A stretch of 60,893 bases of DNA, filler included. It is 3 parts of 3 records of this genome, joined end to end, with 100 filler letters (N's around TTAATTAATTAA, not from the genome) between each part and the next. Parts side by side here need not be neighbours in the genome. Positions count along the whole stretch, not along the records: positions 24,406 to 42,258 come from SRR20825006_591; positions 42,359 to 60,893 come from SRR20825006_612; 1 more part is not named here. The stretch is one strand, 5' to 3'. Positions 37,523-46,949 of this stretch are shown piece after piece (the first letter of the stretch is position 1; each line of letters begins with the position of its first letter). The notes under the pieces are model-generated. The model saw nothing but the letters and a program-made list of their open reading frames with translations, had not been told where the DNA came from and searched no databases. A program made the position numbers and the translations under genes.

Positions 37523-37640
37523 TTAATTCCTTTTGAATGTTAGCTCTTGGCCCTACTTTGGGTAACAATCTAACCAAAGCGCCCGTCAACATGAACATTT
37601 CGAACGGGTTAGGCTTTGGAGCTTGCTGGGATGAAACCTC

Positions 37641-38546
37641 ATGAGCCTGCTTCCTTTCGATGATCGCGACGGTGCCATCTGGATGGATGGTACCTTGTTG
37701 GACTGGCGTGACGCCAAATTGCATGTACTTAGCCACGGACTGCATTATGCCAGTTCGGTGTTCGAGGGCGAACGGGTTTATAGCGGACAGATCTTCAAGT
37801 CCCGCGAGCATACCGAACGCCTGCACCGTTCCGCCGGAATTCTCGGCTTCAAGATCCCTTACGATGTCGATGCCATCGAGGCCGCCAAACAGGCCGTCAT
37901 CGATAGCATGGGGATCGTCGATGGCTATGTCCGTCCGGTTGCCTGGCGCGGCAGTGAAATGATGGGTGTGTCCGCCCAGCAGAACACCATTCATCTGGCC
38001 GTCGCCGCCTGGGAATGGCCGTCTTACTTCGATCCGGAAGCGAAGATGAAGGGGATCAATCTGGATATCGCCAAGTGGCGCCGTCCGGCCCCCGACACCG
38101 CGCCGACGAACAGTAAGGCTGCCGGTCTCTACATGATCGCCACCATGTCCAAGCATGATGCCGAAGCGCGCGGTTTCCACGATGCGCTGATGCTGGATTA
38201 TCGCGGCTATGTCGCTGAGGCCACGGGCGCCAACATCTTCTTCCTGATGGATGACGGCCGGCTGCACACGCCGACCCCGGACTGCTTCCTCGACGGCATC
38301 ACCCGACGCACAGTGAAACAGCTCGCCATCGATCTCGGCTACGAGATCGTCGAACGGCATATCCGGCCGGAAGAACTTTCGCGGGCAACCGAATGCTTCC
38401 TGACCGGCACGGCTGCGGAAGTTACCCCGGTCGGCACCATCGGCACCTACAAGTTCACGCCGGGCGAGGTCACCCGCAAGCTGGTCGATGCCTATGACGC
38501 GGCGGTGCGGGCCCACGCGACGAGCGTGCAGGTCGCGGCCGAGTAA
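37641..38546 (+). CDS. ilvE: Branched-chain amino acid aminotransferase
   Basis: HGLHYASSVFEGER, KAAGLY, EATGANIF, LDGITR, FLTGTAAEVTPV. Confidence 0.95.
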   Translation: MSLLPFDDRDGAIWMDGTLLDWRDAKLHVLSHGLHYASSVFEGERVYSGQIFKSREHTERLHRSAGILGFKIPYDVDAIEAAKQAVIDSMGIVDGYVRPVAWRGSEMMGVSAQQNTIHLAVAAWEWPSYFDPEAKMKGINLDIAKWRRPAPDTAPTNSKAAGLYMIATMSKHDAEARGFHDALMLDYRGYVAEATGANIFFLMDDGRLHTPTPDCFLDGITRRTVKQLAIDLGYEIVERHIRPEELSRATECFLTGTAAEVTPVGTIGTYKFTPGEVTRKLVDAYDAAVRAHATSVQVAAE

Positions 38547-38630
38547 GAAACCGGCCCGCCGGGGCAGGGAGAACGATCCCGTTCTCTGCTGGCACTGGAC
38601 AACACTTTGATAAACGGGGGAAGCTGACAT

Positions 38631-39383
38631 ATGACAGCTTCCCCCGTTTGCACATTCGACGGCACCCACTGGGTTCCGGGACCGCTCGCCAAGGGACCTT
38701 TCCCGGGGCTGCATGGTGGCGTCGTCGGCGGATTGCTCGCCGCCGAGATGGAAAAAACGTCCCATGAAAATGGTGGCGGGATGGGATTGCAGATGTCCCT
38801 GTCCCTGCTGCGCCCGACACCGATGGAGCCGGTCACGATCTCCGTCCGGATCCTGCGACAGGGCCGACGCTCCCTTCAGCTCTCTGCGGAACTCGTTGCC
38901 GATGGCAAGACCTGCGCCGTGGCGAGCGCCCTGTTTCTGACTCCGGAAATGTTGCCCTTTGTTGAGGAAGCGCCGGCCGAACGGGTTCCTGTTGCCGGCA
39001 AGGATTTCCATGTTGGCCGGAGGATGGGGCAGCCCTGGTTTGCCGATGCCTGCGAGATGCGCCGGGAAGAGGGCGGCCGGATCTGGATGCGTCACCTCAA
39101 TCCGGTGGTGGACGGCATGGGGCCGTTGACCCGCGTTCTCTCATTGGCGGACTGGGCGACCGGCCTTTCCCGTCCTGACTGGGTGGATGGGGAGAAGGTG
39201 GTCTTTCCGAACCCGGAGATCAGCATTCACCTGCACCGCCCACCCGCAGGCGCCTGGCTGGGTGTGGATTCGGAACCGTTCTGGAATGCCAGCGGCCTCG
39301 GTATCACCGCGAGCGACCTCTATGACGAGGCGGGGTATCTCGGCCGGGCAACGCAGCCGGTTGTGCTCGCGGTGATGAAGTAA
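38631..39383 (+). CDS. Double hot-dog acyl-CoA thioesterase-like protein
   Basis: GPFPGLHGG, LLRPTP, ADWATG, FPNPEISIHLHRPPAGAW. Confidence 0.8.
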   Translation: MTASPVCTFDGTHWVPGPLAKGPFPGLHGGVVGGLLAAEMEKTSHENGGGMGLQMSLSLLRPTPMEPVTISVRILRQGRRSLQLSAELVADGKTCAVASALFLTPEMLPFVEEAPAERVPVAGKDFHVGRRMGQPWFADACEMRREEGGRIWMRHLNPVVDGMGPLTRVLSLADWATGLSRPDWVDGEKVVFPNPEISIHLHRPPAGAWLGVDSEPFWNASGLGITASDLYDEAGYLGRATQPVVLAVMK

Positions 39384-39407
39384 GCGCGGTCGCGCTTTTC
39401 AGGTCTC

Positions 39408-39435
39408 CATCATCCCTGCACCTGCAGGGATGATG
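39408..39435. terminator. Hairpin between convergent genes (possible bidirectional terminator)
   Basis: Perfect 13-bp arms CATCATCCCTGCA-CC-TGCAGGGATGATG. Confidence 0.6.
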
Positions 39436-39443
39436 TCTTAATC

Positions 39444-40685
39444 TCAGATACAGACGCTGGCGAGTGGCGGCAGGCCGTTGAAGGCGACCGAGGAATAGGT
39501 CGTCGTGTAGGCGCCGGTGCCGAAGATCCAGACCTTGTCGCCGACTTTCAGGTCAAGCGGCAGCGGGTACGGATTTTTCTCATACATGACATCGACGCTG
39601 TCGCAGGTCGGCCCGGCCAGAACGGCGGGTACGGTGTCTCCGGTGCGGATGGTTTCGATCCGGTAGCGGATGGCTTCGTCCATGGTTTCGGCGAGGCCGT
39701 TGAACTTGCCGATATCGAGATAGACCCAGCGTGGTGCGTCGCTGTCGTCCTTCCGGGATACCAGCACGACTTCCGCCTGAATGATGCCGGCATCGGCAAC
39801 CAGTCCCCGGCCCGGCTCGATGATCAGGTCGAGTGCCCGGTCGCCGAACTGCTCGCGCACCGCCGCCATGACGACCGCGCCATATTCCAGCAGGTCCGTC
39901 TCGCCATTGTCGTAGGTCCCCGGCATGCCGCCGCCGAGATTGATCATGCGCAGGCTGACGCCGGAGCGGTCGAGCCGCTGCATCAGCCTGGCGACATCGG
40001 CAAGGGCCTCGCGCCAGGCGCGCGGGTTCTTCTGCTGGGAGCCGACATGGAAGGAAACGCCATAGGCATCGAGGCCGAGACGATCCGCTTCGATCAGCAG
40101 GTCACCGGCCATTTTCACGCAGCAGCCGAACTTGTGGGACAGTGGCCAGTCGGCGCTGTCGTTCTCCGCCAGGATGCGGCAGAAAACGGAGGCGCCGGGG
40201 GCGGAGCGGGCCAGCTTCTCAAGCTCGCCTTCGCTGTCGAAGGAGAACAGCCGGACGCCGCAATCGAAGGCTTTGCGGATCACGCTTTCTTTCTTGATGG
40301 TGTTGCCGAAGCTGATCCGGCTCGGGCTGACGCCCCGGCTCAGCACCAGGTCGATCTCGCCCATGCTGGCGCAATCGAAATACCCGCCGAGCGCGGCCAC
40401 CCGGTCCAGAATCTCGACCGACGGGTTGGCTTTGATGGCGTAGAAAATATCGGCACCGCGAAAACCGGTGGCGAGAATGTTGTAGCGGGCTTCCACCAGC
40501 TCCAGATCGACCGCCAGCTGCGGGCCATCGATCACTTCATTCGCAAAATAATCTGCCAGACGCGCGGACACGGAAGAAACTGCGCGCGCTACGGGCTCCT
40601 GCTCCAGCTCAACAAGCTGAACGGCGGTGTTTTGGTTGTTGGAATACGGAACAGCGGCGAAGGCGCCGCGTTTCGGCTCAAGCAT
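39444..40685 (-). CDS. speF: Ornithine/lysine decarboxylase, fold-type III PLP enzyme
   Basis: FYAIKANP, FDCAS, KFG, GVSFHVGSQ, NLGGG, EPGR, GPTCDS, GAYT. Confidence 0.88.
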   Translation of the reverse strand: MLEPKRGAFAAVPYSNNQNTAVQLVELEQEPVARAVSSVSARLADYFANEVIDGPQLAVDLELVEARYNILATGFRGADIFYAIKANPSVEILDRVAALGGYFDCASMGEIDLVLSRGVSPSRISFGNTIKKESVIRKAFDCGVRLFSFDSEGELEKLARSAPGASVFCRILAENDSADWPLSHKFGCCVKMAGDLLIEADRLGLDAYGVSFHVGSQQKNPRAWREALADVARLMQRLDRSGVSLRMINLGGGMPGTYDNGETDLLEYGAVVMAAVREQFGDRALDLIIEPGRGLVADAGIIQAEVVLVSRKDDSDAPRWVYLDIGKFNGLAETMDEAIRYRIETIRTGDTVPAVLAGPTCDSVDVMYEKNPYPLPLDLKVGDKVWIFGTGAYTTTYSSVAFNGLPPLASVCI

Positions 40686-40801
40686 CGGTGCTTCCCTCTC
40701 GGAACCGGTCCCCTCGGGACCTGAGTTTCAAAAAGGACGCCTCGTCGTTGCTTAACCTGCTGGGCTGTCTCGCCTGGGCCAGTGGCACGTGCGCGCGTCG
40801 T
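40686..40801 (-). ncRNA. Probable speF-leader cis-regulatory RNA
   Basis: 5' UTR contains CGTGCCACTGG...GGTTAAGCAACGACGA...CTTTTTGAAAC blocks resembling the alphaproteobacterial speF leader as recalled (no covariance model run); sits directly upstream of the ornithine decarboxylase. Confidence 0.6.
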
Positions 40802-40807
40802 CAGCCG

Positions 40808-40836
40808 GATATGAACGTGTTCCCGGATTTATGCAA
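40808..40836 (-). promoter_or_regulatory. sigma70-type promoter for speF
   Basis: Minus strand (C)TTGCAT-N17-CATATC, the alphaproteobacterial housekeeping promoter pattern. Confidence 0.6.
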
Positions 40837-40862
40837 GCGGAAAAGGAGCGCAAAAAGTGCGC

Positions 40863-41585
40863 TCAGATGCGAAATGCCTTTGCGTGGACATCGCGAATGC
40901 GCGCAGCGGTTTTCGGTGTCAGGGCACCCGTCAGATCCTGTGCTATCCAGCGGCGTTGAAAGGCCAGCAAGACACTGCGCGCGGACTGGCTCATCAGGGC
41001 CGTTTCCGGCGCGGCATATCCGATTTCCGAAAGCAGCCGCATTGCCTCCGAAAAACTCATCGCGTCACGTGCTGTGGGAAGAGAGGCGGGCCAGAGGCCA
41101 ATGCCGTTGCGGGCCAAACTCTCCCAGTCGAACAACTCTCCTGGGTCTTCCTTGCGGTCCGGGGCGACATCGGAATGGGCGAGAACGCGTGCCGGCGGAA
41201 TGGGGTGGCGCTGAAGGGTCGCTTGTGACAGGCGGATGAGGCATTCCATCTGCCGGTCGGGGAAGGGCCGGTAGCCGAACTGGTGGCCCGGATTGACCAG
41301 CTCGATGCCAATCGAGCGGGCATTGATATCCGTCGCGCCCTGCCATGAGGCGACACCGGCATGCCAGGCCCGCCGGTTCTCGTCGACCATCCGGTAGCAG
41401 CGGCCGTCCTCGTTGATCAGATAATGGGCGCTGACCTTGGCATCCGGATCGGTTAGCCGGTCGAGGGCGGCTTCGGCGGACTGCATGCCGGTATAATGCA
41501 GCAGCAGGATGTCGATAACGGTCCCGTCCGGCCGTGCGTCATGGTTCGGGGAAGGGTGTTCGATGATCGTGTCCATTCCCTCCAT
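40863..41585 (-). CDS. N-acetylmuramoyl-L-alanine amidase (AmpD/AmiD, Amidase_2) with C-terminal PG-binding domain
   Basis: LLHYTGM, VSAHYLI, RAWHAG, SIGIELVN, HSDVAPDRKEDPG, AFQRRW. Confidence 0.92.
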   Translation of the reverse strand: MEGMDTIIEHPSPNHDARPDGTVIDILLLHYTGMQSAEAALDRLTDPDAKVSAHYLINEDGRCYRMVDENRRAWHAGVASWQGATDINARSIGIELVNPGHQFGYRPFPDRQMECLIRLSQATLQRHPIPPARVLAHSDVAPDRKEDPGELFDWESLARNGIGLWPASLPTARDAMSFSEAMRLLSEIGYAAPETALMSQSARSVLLAFQRRWIAQDLTGALTPKTAARIRDVHAKAFRI

Positions 41586-41592
41586 TGCGCGC

Positions 41593-42258
41593 TTATCCCC
41601 TGGCTTCCGCTTCTATTTTTGGTGCGGGCCCCGTCCGGCCTATGGTCACGGCGCCAACCCCGATGATGGTAAGGGCGGCTCCGGAAAGCTGGAAGGCGTC
41701 CATATGCTCGCCAAGGAAGACAATGCCGGAAGCGGCACCGACAAGCGGTGCCAGGATGGTCAACGGCATGGTCTGGGATACGTCGTATTTTTGCAGGATT
41801 TTATACCAGATGCCGTAGCCGAAGATGGTAACGCCCACGGCCATATAGATCACGCCGCCCCAACCGGCGGCTCCGGCGGTCTGAATTGATTCCCATTGAC
41901 CGTCCTCGAGCATCAGCGAGGAGCCGAGCATCATGGGCGCGGCCAGTACCGACATCCAGGCATTCAGCACGAACGGGTTCACGGCCCCCATCCATTTCAC
42001 CTGAATATGGGCAAGGCCCCAGAGCAGCGCGGCGATGATGACGAGGCCGAGATTGAACAGGCTGCTGGAGGTTTTCGGAGCGCCTGCCAGCATGGCCACG
42101 CCGGCAAAGGCGATGGCGATGCCAAGGATCTGCCGCCGGTTCGGACGCTCGCGGAAGAAAATGACAGCAAGAATGACGGCAAACGGCACCTGGATCTGCG
42201 CCGCGATGGCGGCGAGCGAGGCGTCGGTGCCCTTGAGGCCGGTGAACATGAAGGCGAA
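41593..42258 (-). CDS. EamA/DMT family transporter (5' truncated at contig end)
   Basis: Hydrophobic repeats with FFRERP and VFLGEHM loops. Confidence 0.85.
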   Translation of the reverse strand, partial: FAFMFTGLKGTDASLAAIAAQIQVPFAVILAVIFFRERPNRRQILGIAIAFAGVAMLAGAPKTSSSLFNLGLVIIAALLWGLAHIQVKWMGAVNPFVLNAWMSVLAAPMMLGSSLMLEDGQWESIQTAGAAGWGGVIYMAVGVTIFGYGIWYKILQKYDVSQTMPLTILAPLVGAASGIVFLGEHMDAFQLSGAALTIIGVGAVTIGRTGPAPKIEAEARG

Positions 42259-42358
42259 NNNNNNNNNNNNNNNNNNNNNNNNNNNNNNNNNNNNNNNNNN
42301 NNTTAATTAATTAANNNNNNNNNNNNNNNNNNNNNNNNNNNNNNNNNNNNNNNNNNNN
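42259..42358. other. Artificial contig linker
   Basis: N44-TTAATTAATTAA-N44. Confidence 0.98.
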
Positions 42359-42502
42359 AATGATGTCGTAGTCATAGAGTCGGCCAATTTCGAGGCCGTC
42401 TTCTCCGTGTTCCGTCACATCAACCACAAACCCTTCGGCTTTCAGCATGAGCTCAATGCTCTGGGCTGTGGCGAAATCGTCTTCTACCAAGAGTACGCGC
42501 AT
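42359..42502 (-). CDS. ctrA: Cell-cycle response regulator CtrA (N-terminal fragment)
   Basis: [27 protein letters not shown]...[16 protein letters not shown] matches the CtrA N-terminus. Confidence 0.92.
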
Positions 42503-42533
42503 GGAACTCTCCCTCTATAACCTTGAGACAAAG

Positions 42534-42650
42534 GTTAACGTGCTAAGATAAACAAACCGTTAACCTGCGCCGGCGCGCCTGGTCGAAAACGTGCCAGGCG
42601 TTCTCGTTAGTGCTAAACTCCCAGTGTAGGACAGTTAACGGCGCGCTTAA
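42534..42650. promoter_or_regulatory. CtrA-box-like sites in the ctrA/fliI divergent promoter
   Basis: TAAA-N7-TTAAC at 42549-42564; GTTAAC half-sites at 42534 and 42634; TTAA-N8-TTAA at 42635-42650. Confidence 0.6.
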
Positions 42651-42679
42651 AGCGTTGCAGGTGTAAGGAGAGCATTCGG

Positions 42680-44044
42680 TTGGTCACTGCCCTCGGAAAT
42701 CTGGCATCCGAAATCGACAAGATAGCCGAATTCCGGCTCTACGGACGTGTGACCGCCGTGTTGGGCATGATGGTCGAGGTCGGTGGTGTGGACCGGGCGC
42801 TTTCGATCGGCGACAGACTGCACCTTCAGGCCAGGGGCGGGAAGCGCGTTAGCTGCGAAATTGTCGGCTTCAAGGATGGCAGGGCATTGGCCATGCCTTT
42901 CGGTGCGCTCGACGGGATCGGTATCGGAAGCCGGGCTGAAATTTCGGACGCGGCGCCGGTGATCTTTCCGCATGAAGGCTGGCTCGGACGGGTCGTCAAC
43001 GCGATGGGCGATCCGGTGGACGGGAAGGGGCCGCTCGGAGACGGACCGCGCGGATGCCCGGTAAAGACCCAGCCGCCAGCGGCCCATACACGGCAGCGGG
43101 TTGGGGAAAAACTCGACCTCGGTGTTCGCACGATCAATACATTCGCCTCTGTCTGCAAGGGGCAGCGCATGGGGATTTTCGCCGGCTCCGGTGTTGGCAA
43201 GTCCATGTTGATGTCGATGATCGCGCGCTTTACCCAGAGCGAGGTGAACGTCATCGGCCTTATCGGCGAGCGTGGCCGCGAGGTGCAGGAATTCATCCAG
43301 GACTATCTCGGCGAAGAAGGCCTGGCCCGCAGTGTGGTCGTTGTTGCGACCTCTGATGAATCTCCGCTTATGCGGCGCCAGGCAGCGCATCTGACATTGG
43401 CCGTCGCCGAATATTTCCGCGATGAAGACAAGACCGTCATGTGCATGATGGACAGTGTTACCCGTTTTGCCATGGCCCAGCGAGAGATTGGTCTTGCCAC
43501 GGGGGAGCCGCCGGCCTCCAAGGGCTATACGCCGACCGTGTTCGCGGAGCTTCCCAAATTGCTTGAGCGGGCAGGGCCGGGAGCGGGAGCGGGCACGATC
43601 ACCGGCCTGTTCACGGTTCTGGTTGAAGGCGATGACCATAACGAGCCGATATCCGACGCCGTTCGCGGGATTATCGACGGCCATATCGTGCTGGAGCGGG
43701 GGATTGCGGATCGGGGCCGCTATCCGGCAATCAATGTGCTGCGCAGCGTGTCCCGGACGATGCCGGACTGTAATACGGCGGAAGAAAACGCACTGGTCCG
43801 CCGGGCGAAGGCCTTGATGGCCACTTACGACAACATGGCCGACATGATCCGACTGGGAGCTTACCGCAAGGGCAGCGACCCGGAAGTGGACGAGGCGATC
43901 CTGTATCACGCTTCGCTGGAGCGCTTCATGTCCCAGGACAAGAATGAGCCGGCATCTCTTGAATCCGGATATGCCCAGCTCGATGCCATTCTTTCCATGG
44001 TCGGTGGTGACACGCACCATCAGGAAGAGCAGGGTGAGCCGTGA
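42680..44044 (+). CDS. fliI: Flagellar export ATPase FliI
   Basis: GQRMGIFAGSGVGKS, LIGERGREV, DSVTRFAMAQREIG, GRYPAINVLRSVSR. Confidence 0.97.
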   Translation: MVTALGNLASEIDKIAEFRLYGRVTAVLGMMVEVGGVDRALSIGDRLHLQARGGKRVSCEIVGFKDGRALAMPFGALDGIGIGSRAEISDAAPVIFPHEGWLGRVVNAMGDPVDGKGPLGDGPRGCPVKTQPPAAHTRQRVGEKLDLGVRTINTFASVCKGQRMGIFAGSGVGKSMLMSMIARFTQSEVNVIGLIGERGREVQEFIQDYLGEEGLARSVVVVATSDESPLMRRQAAHLTLAVAEYFRDEDKTVMCMMDSVTRFAMAQREIGLATGEPPASKGYTPTVFAELPKLLERAGPGAGAGTITGLFTVLVEGDDHNEPISDAVRGIIDGHIVLERGIADRGRYPAINVLRSVSRTMPDCNTAEENALVRRAKALMATYDNMADMIRLGAYRKGSDPEVDEAILYHASLERFMSQDKNEPASLESGYAQLDAILSMVGGDTHHQEEQGEP

Positions 44045-44457
44045 GCCAGTTTGAGCAGCTGATCCGGCTCCGGACCTGGGAGCTGGACGAAAAGCGCCGG
44101 GCCATGGGCGTGCTCCTGCAGGAAGAGGCCGCGTTTCTCGCCGAATCCGATGCCATGCAGCATGAATTCGATCGTGAAAAGCAGGCTGCGGCCGGCTCTC
44201 TGGAAGCACGCCGAACGCTCGAAGCCTACATGCATCATTTCAAGGCCCGGACGAAGGCTCTGGAGGAACGGATCCAGGCGAAGCGCCGCGAGATAGATGC
44301 GGCAAACGAGGAAGTGCTGGATTGCTATCAGGAGCTGCGCAAGGCCGAAGCCGTCATGGAAGAATATAAGGCGCGCGAGGCGGAGCGGATCGGACGGCTC
44401 GAGCAGATGGAGATAGACGAAATCGCGCTCAATATGATGAAGCGGCGGCGCGGCTAG
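44041..44457 (+). CDS. fliJ: Flagellar export chaperone FliJ
   Basis: Coiled coil, LIRLRTWELDEKRR...EQMEIDEIA; overlaps the fliI stop. Confidence 0.85.
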   Translation: MSQFEQLIRLRTWELDEKRRAMGVLLQEEAAFLAESDAMQHEFDREKQAAAGSLEARRTLEAYMHHFKARTKALEERIQAKRREIDAANEEVLDCYQELRKAEAVMEEYKAREAERIGRLEQMEIDEIALNMMKRRRG

Positions 44458-44475
44458 GTCTGAGACCGCGGGCTG

Positions 44476-46932
44476 TCAGGCATAGACATCCGGATTTTGG
44501 CGCCCATCCGGCATAAGATCGGCGATAGGCAGGGGCGGAAACTCCTTCTGAACCTTGAAGCTCACCGCGCCGGCCATGCCGGTGCGGCCTGCCGTCTTTT
44601 CAAAAATTTCAATGATATCCGCCCGCATCTGCGGTTGCAGGGCACGGTGCGTGCGGATCAGCAGAGACATGGACTGCTTCGCGACGGAACCGTCTATCTG
44701 GAAAGGGCCGAGGCCGCTGAGCATTAGATCGACGACAAATCTGGTTTCGGCGTCGCCGCCGTTATTGCTGTTCTCTTCGCCTTCGCCGCCTGTCTCCTCC
44801 TCGTTGCGCTCAAAAGGAGGCGGCAGGATGAAGAGGCGCATCTGTTCCAGGGCGTCCTGGTTTTGTATCGGCATGAAGAACGCGCGCCAGCCTGCGGTCT
44901 CCGGTCCGCCTTCGCTCGCACGAGAGAGGGATTGGAAATCGCCGGAAAGGGTCGACAGCAGTCGGCCATGCGACTTCTCAAGCGCCTGACTGGTGTCTTT
45001 TCCGAGCCAGCCGCCGAGGGAGCCACCACGCACCGCGGCAAGGAAGAACAGCATGGAAGCGGCCAATTGAGGCCCGGGCCGGGCGATTGCAGCAGAAAAC
45101 TGTGCCGCACTCTGTGGCGCCGATACTTCAAGAGCGCGGAGGCTTTCTTCCAGCGCGGGCCACTCCCGGGAGAGGATGGAGAGGGGAGTTTGCGATCCGC
45201 CCTCAATCCGGCCGCGCATGTCGCTTTCCGAGCGGCCCAGGATTTCCATGCGGATGGCTGACTGCATCTGTCCTGCCTCGGCGCGCGCCGCGACGTCGAG
45301 CAGACCGACGGATGAATTCACAATCGCCTGCCCGCTTCCGCCGGTCGCGACAATGGTTCCGGAAATCACCGTACCGCCGCTGCCGGGCTGTGCGGGCAAT
45401 GCGTTGCTGCTCTGCGCCCCGACGGACAAAACCCGTATGGGAAAATCCGCTCCAGGGGGGAGGGCATTGCCTGGTTTTGGTGCTGATGCCCCTGCGGTAG
45501 CCGCCCCGCTTGTAGCCGCTGTGTTTGTTACCTGTCCGGCGAGCGCTGCCGTGGCCGCGCGGTTTTCGGAGCCACCTTGTGTAACCGTCTGTGGTGTTTG
45601 CGCGACACTACTGCTCGGCACGCTCCCGGGGCGGCCGGTTGCTGCGGGAGCGGCTGCTGTTGTTGTAGCAGGGAGCGATGGCGCCTGAGGAGCGCTTGCG
45701 GTATTGCCCGGCGATGGTGGTGGCGTGTTTTGAGAAACTGGCGTCGCCCCTGTGCTGACCACCGTGCCTGTGCTGACCGTGCCTGTCTGGGCCTGTGCCG
45801 GTGACCGGATAGTGGCGGGCGGGCTTTGCTGACCTGACGCCGGTTGTGCCGCAGGGGGCTGTGCTTGCTGCACTGTATTGGAAACGGGCTGTGCACCGGT
45901 TGGTGCCGGCGATGGCGGCGTTGCTTGCGGCAGCACGGCTTGCGGTACGGTGGGCAAGGGGCTGGAAGGTTTCAGGTGCGGACTGGATGCCAGCAGGTAT
46001 CTAGCGGCAGCTTGGGCCGCTTGCTGTGGGTTGATACTGCTTGCCGTGGCGGGGATCGGGCCGCTGGCTATGCCTTGGGGCAGCGAGGTCGGGCGCAAAA
46101 CGATGGCCCGGGCAACTTGCCCGTCCGTGAGTGGCGGTAACGTTCTCGGGGCTGAGGCGGTTGTGGAGGTGGCGCTGCCCGCCGCGGCGGTGCTGACTTG
46201 CTGAGTCTCGGATACAGGTTTCGCAGCGGCATTGCCTGGCACAGGAGAGCGAGGCTGCAAGAGGGCCTGCAATCCGTTCTCCGTTCTCTGCAAAATCAGG
46301 CTGACGACGGTGCCCGGGCGGACAAAGGCCGGAATTTGCCGGGGATTGATCTGGATTGTCGCTTCGCCTGCCGCTGTGCGGACATTCACGCTGCCGTCGG
46401 TTCGGACCCGCGTCACGGTTACATCCTGGGCCGATGGTTGTTGGGCGGCGGGCTGCTGGGCTTTTGCGGGTTGCTGGGGCTGCGGGGTAGGCGCGGAAGC
46501 CGGTGCCGGGCGCGCGCCCTGTCCAGATGTGCTTTCAGCAGGGGGCGGCGCAGAATTTTGCGGGCCGGGAGGCGGGGGAGCGGAATTCTGGGGCGCCGGG
46601 GTTTGTGCGGGCAGTGGCGCCGAAGATTGTGCGGGCGAGGGTGGTTGCGCCTGTGCCTGTGCTGCTGGCTGGCCTTGCGGCGGTTGAGCTTGAGGTGTGG
46701 CTTGGGACGGTTGACCTTGAGGAGCCTGGCCCTGTGCGGTCTGCTGCCCTTGTGCAGGTTGCGGCGCTTGCGGCTGAGGCTGTGGAGTTGTGCTCTGGGC
46801 TGCGGGCCTGGTCTGGCTACCTGACTGAAGTGCGTCCGCACCACTGGTCACCCGTCCCTCAACCGGCGCATTGGCCAGTTGGGAGGAACGTGTCGCCTGC
46901 GGGGCAGGCGCGGTGGGTTGAACGGTGCTCAA
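44476..46932 (-). CDS. Large Pro/Gln/Ala-rich hypothetical protein with FliK_C-like C-terminus
   Basis: Low-complexity N-terminal two-thirds; C-terminal WRAFFMP...TRFVVDLMLSGLGPFQIDG; immediately downstream of flhG. Confidence 0.7.
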   Translation of the reverse strand: MSTVQPTAPAPQATRSSQLANAPVEGRVTSGADALQSGSQTRPAAQSTTPQPQPQAPQPAQGQQTAQGQAPQGQPSQATPQAQPPQGQPAAQAQAQPPSPAQSSAPLPAQTPAPQNSAPPPPGPQNSAPPPAESTSGQGARPAPASAPTPQPQQPAKAQQPAAQQPSAQDVTVTRVRTDGSVNVRTAAGEATIQINPRQIPAFVRPGTVVSLILQRTENGLQALLQPRSPVPGNAAAKPVSETQQVSTAAAGSATSTTASAPRTLPPLTDGQVARAIVLRPTSLPQGIASGPIPATASSINPQQAAQAAARYLLASSPHLKPSSPLPTVPQAVLPQATPPSPAPTGAQPVSNTVQQAQPPAAQPASGQQSPPATIRSPAQAQTGTVSTGTVVSTGATPVSQNTPPPSPGNTASAPQAPSLPATTTAAAPAATGRPGSVPSSSVAQTPQTVTQGGSENRAATAALAGQVTNTAATSGAATAGASAPKPGNALPPGADFPIRVLSVGAQSSNALPAQPGSGGTVISGTIVATGGSGQAIVNSSVGLLDVAARAEAGQMQSAIRMEILGRSESDMRGRIEGGSQTPLSILSREWPALEESLRALEVSAPQSAAQFSAAIARPGPQLAASMLFFLAAVRGGSLGGWLGKDTSQALEKSHGRLLSTLSGDFQSLSRASEGGPETAGWRAFFMPIQNQDALEQMRLFILPPPFERNEEETGGEGEENSNNGGDAETRFVVDLMLSGLGPFQIDGSVAKQSMSLLIRTHRALQPQMRADIIEIFEKTAGRTGMAGAVSFKVQKEFPPLPIADLMPDGRQNPDVYA

Positions 46933-46949
46933 TCTGCTCTCTTCGGCTG

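Noticed and set aside
42581-42597. Minus-strand TGGCACG as a sigma54 promoter for ctrA
   Set aside because: The -12 position reads AC, not GC; the sequence is part of a CGCCTGG/CCAGGCG inverted repeat
46400-46810. Apparent tandem repeats or CRISPR-like periodicity
   Set aside because: Degenerate codon repeats of a Pro/Gln/Ala-rich coding region; no constant repeat-spacer structure and no cas genes
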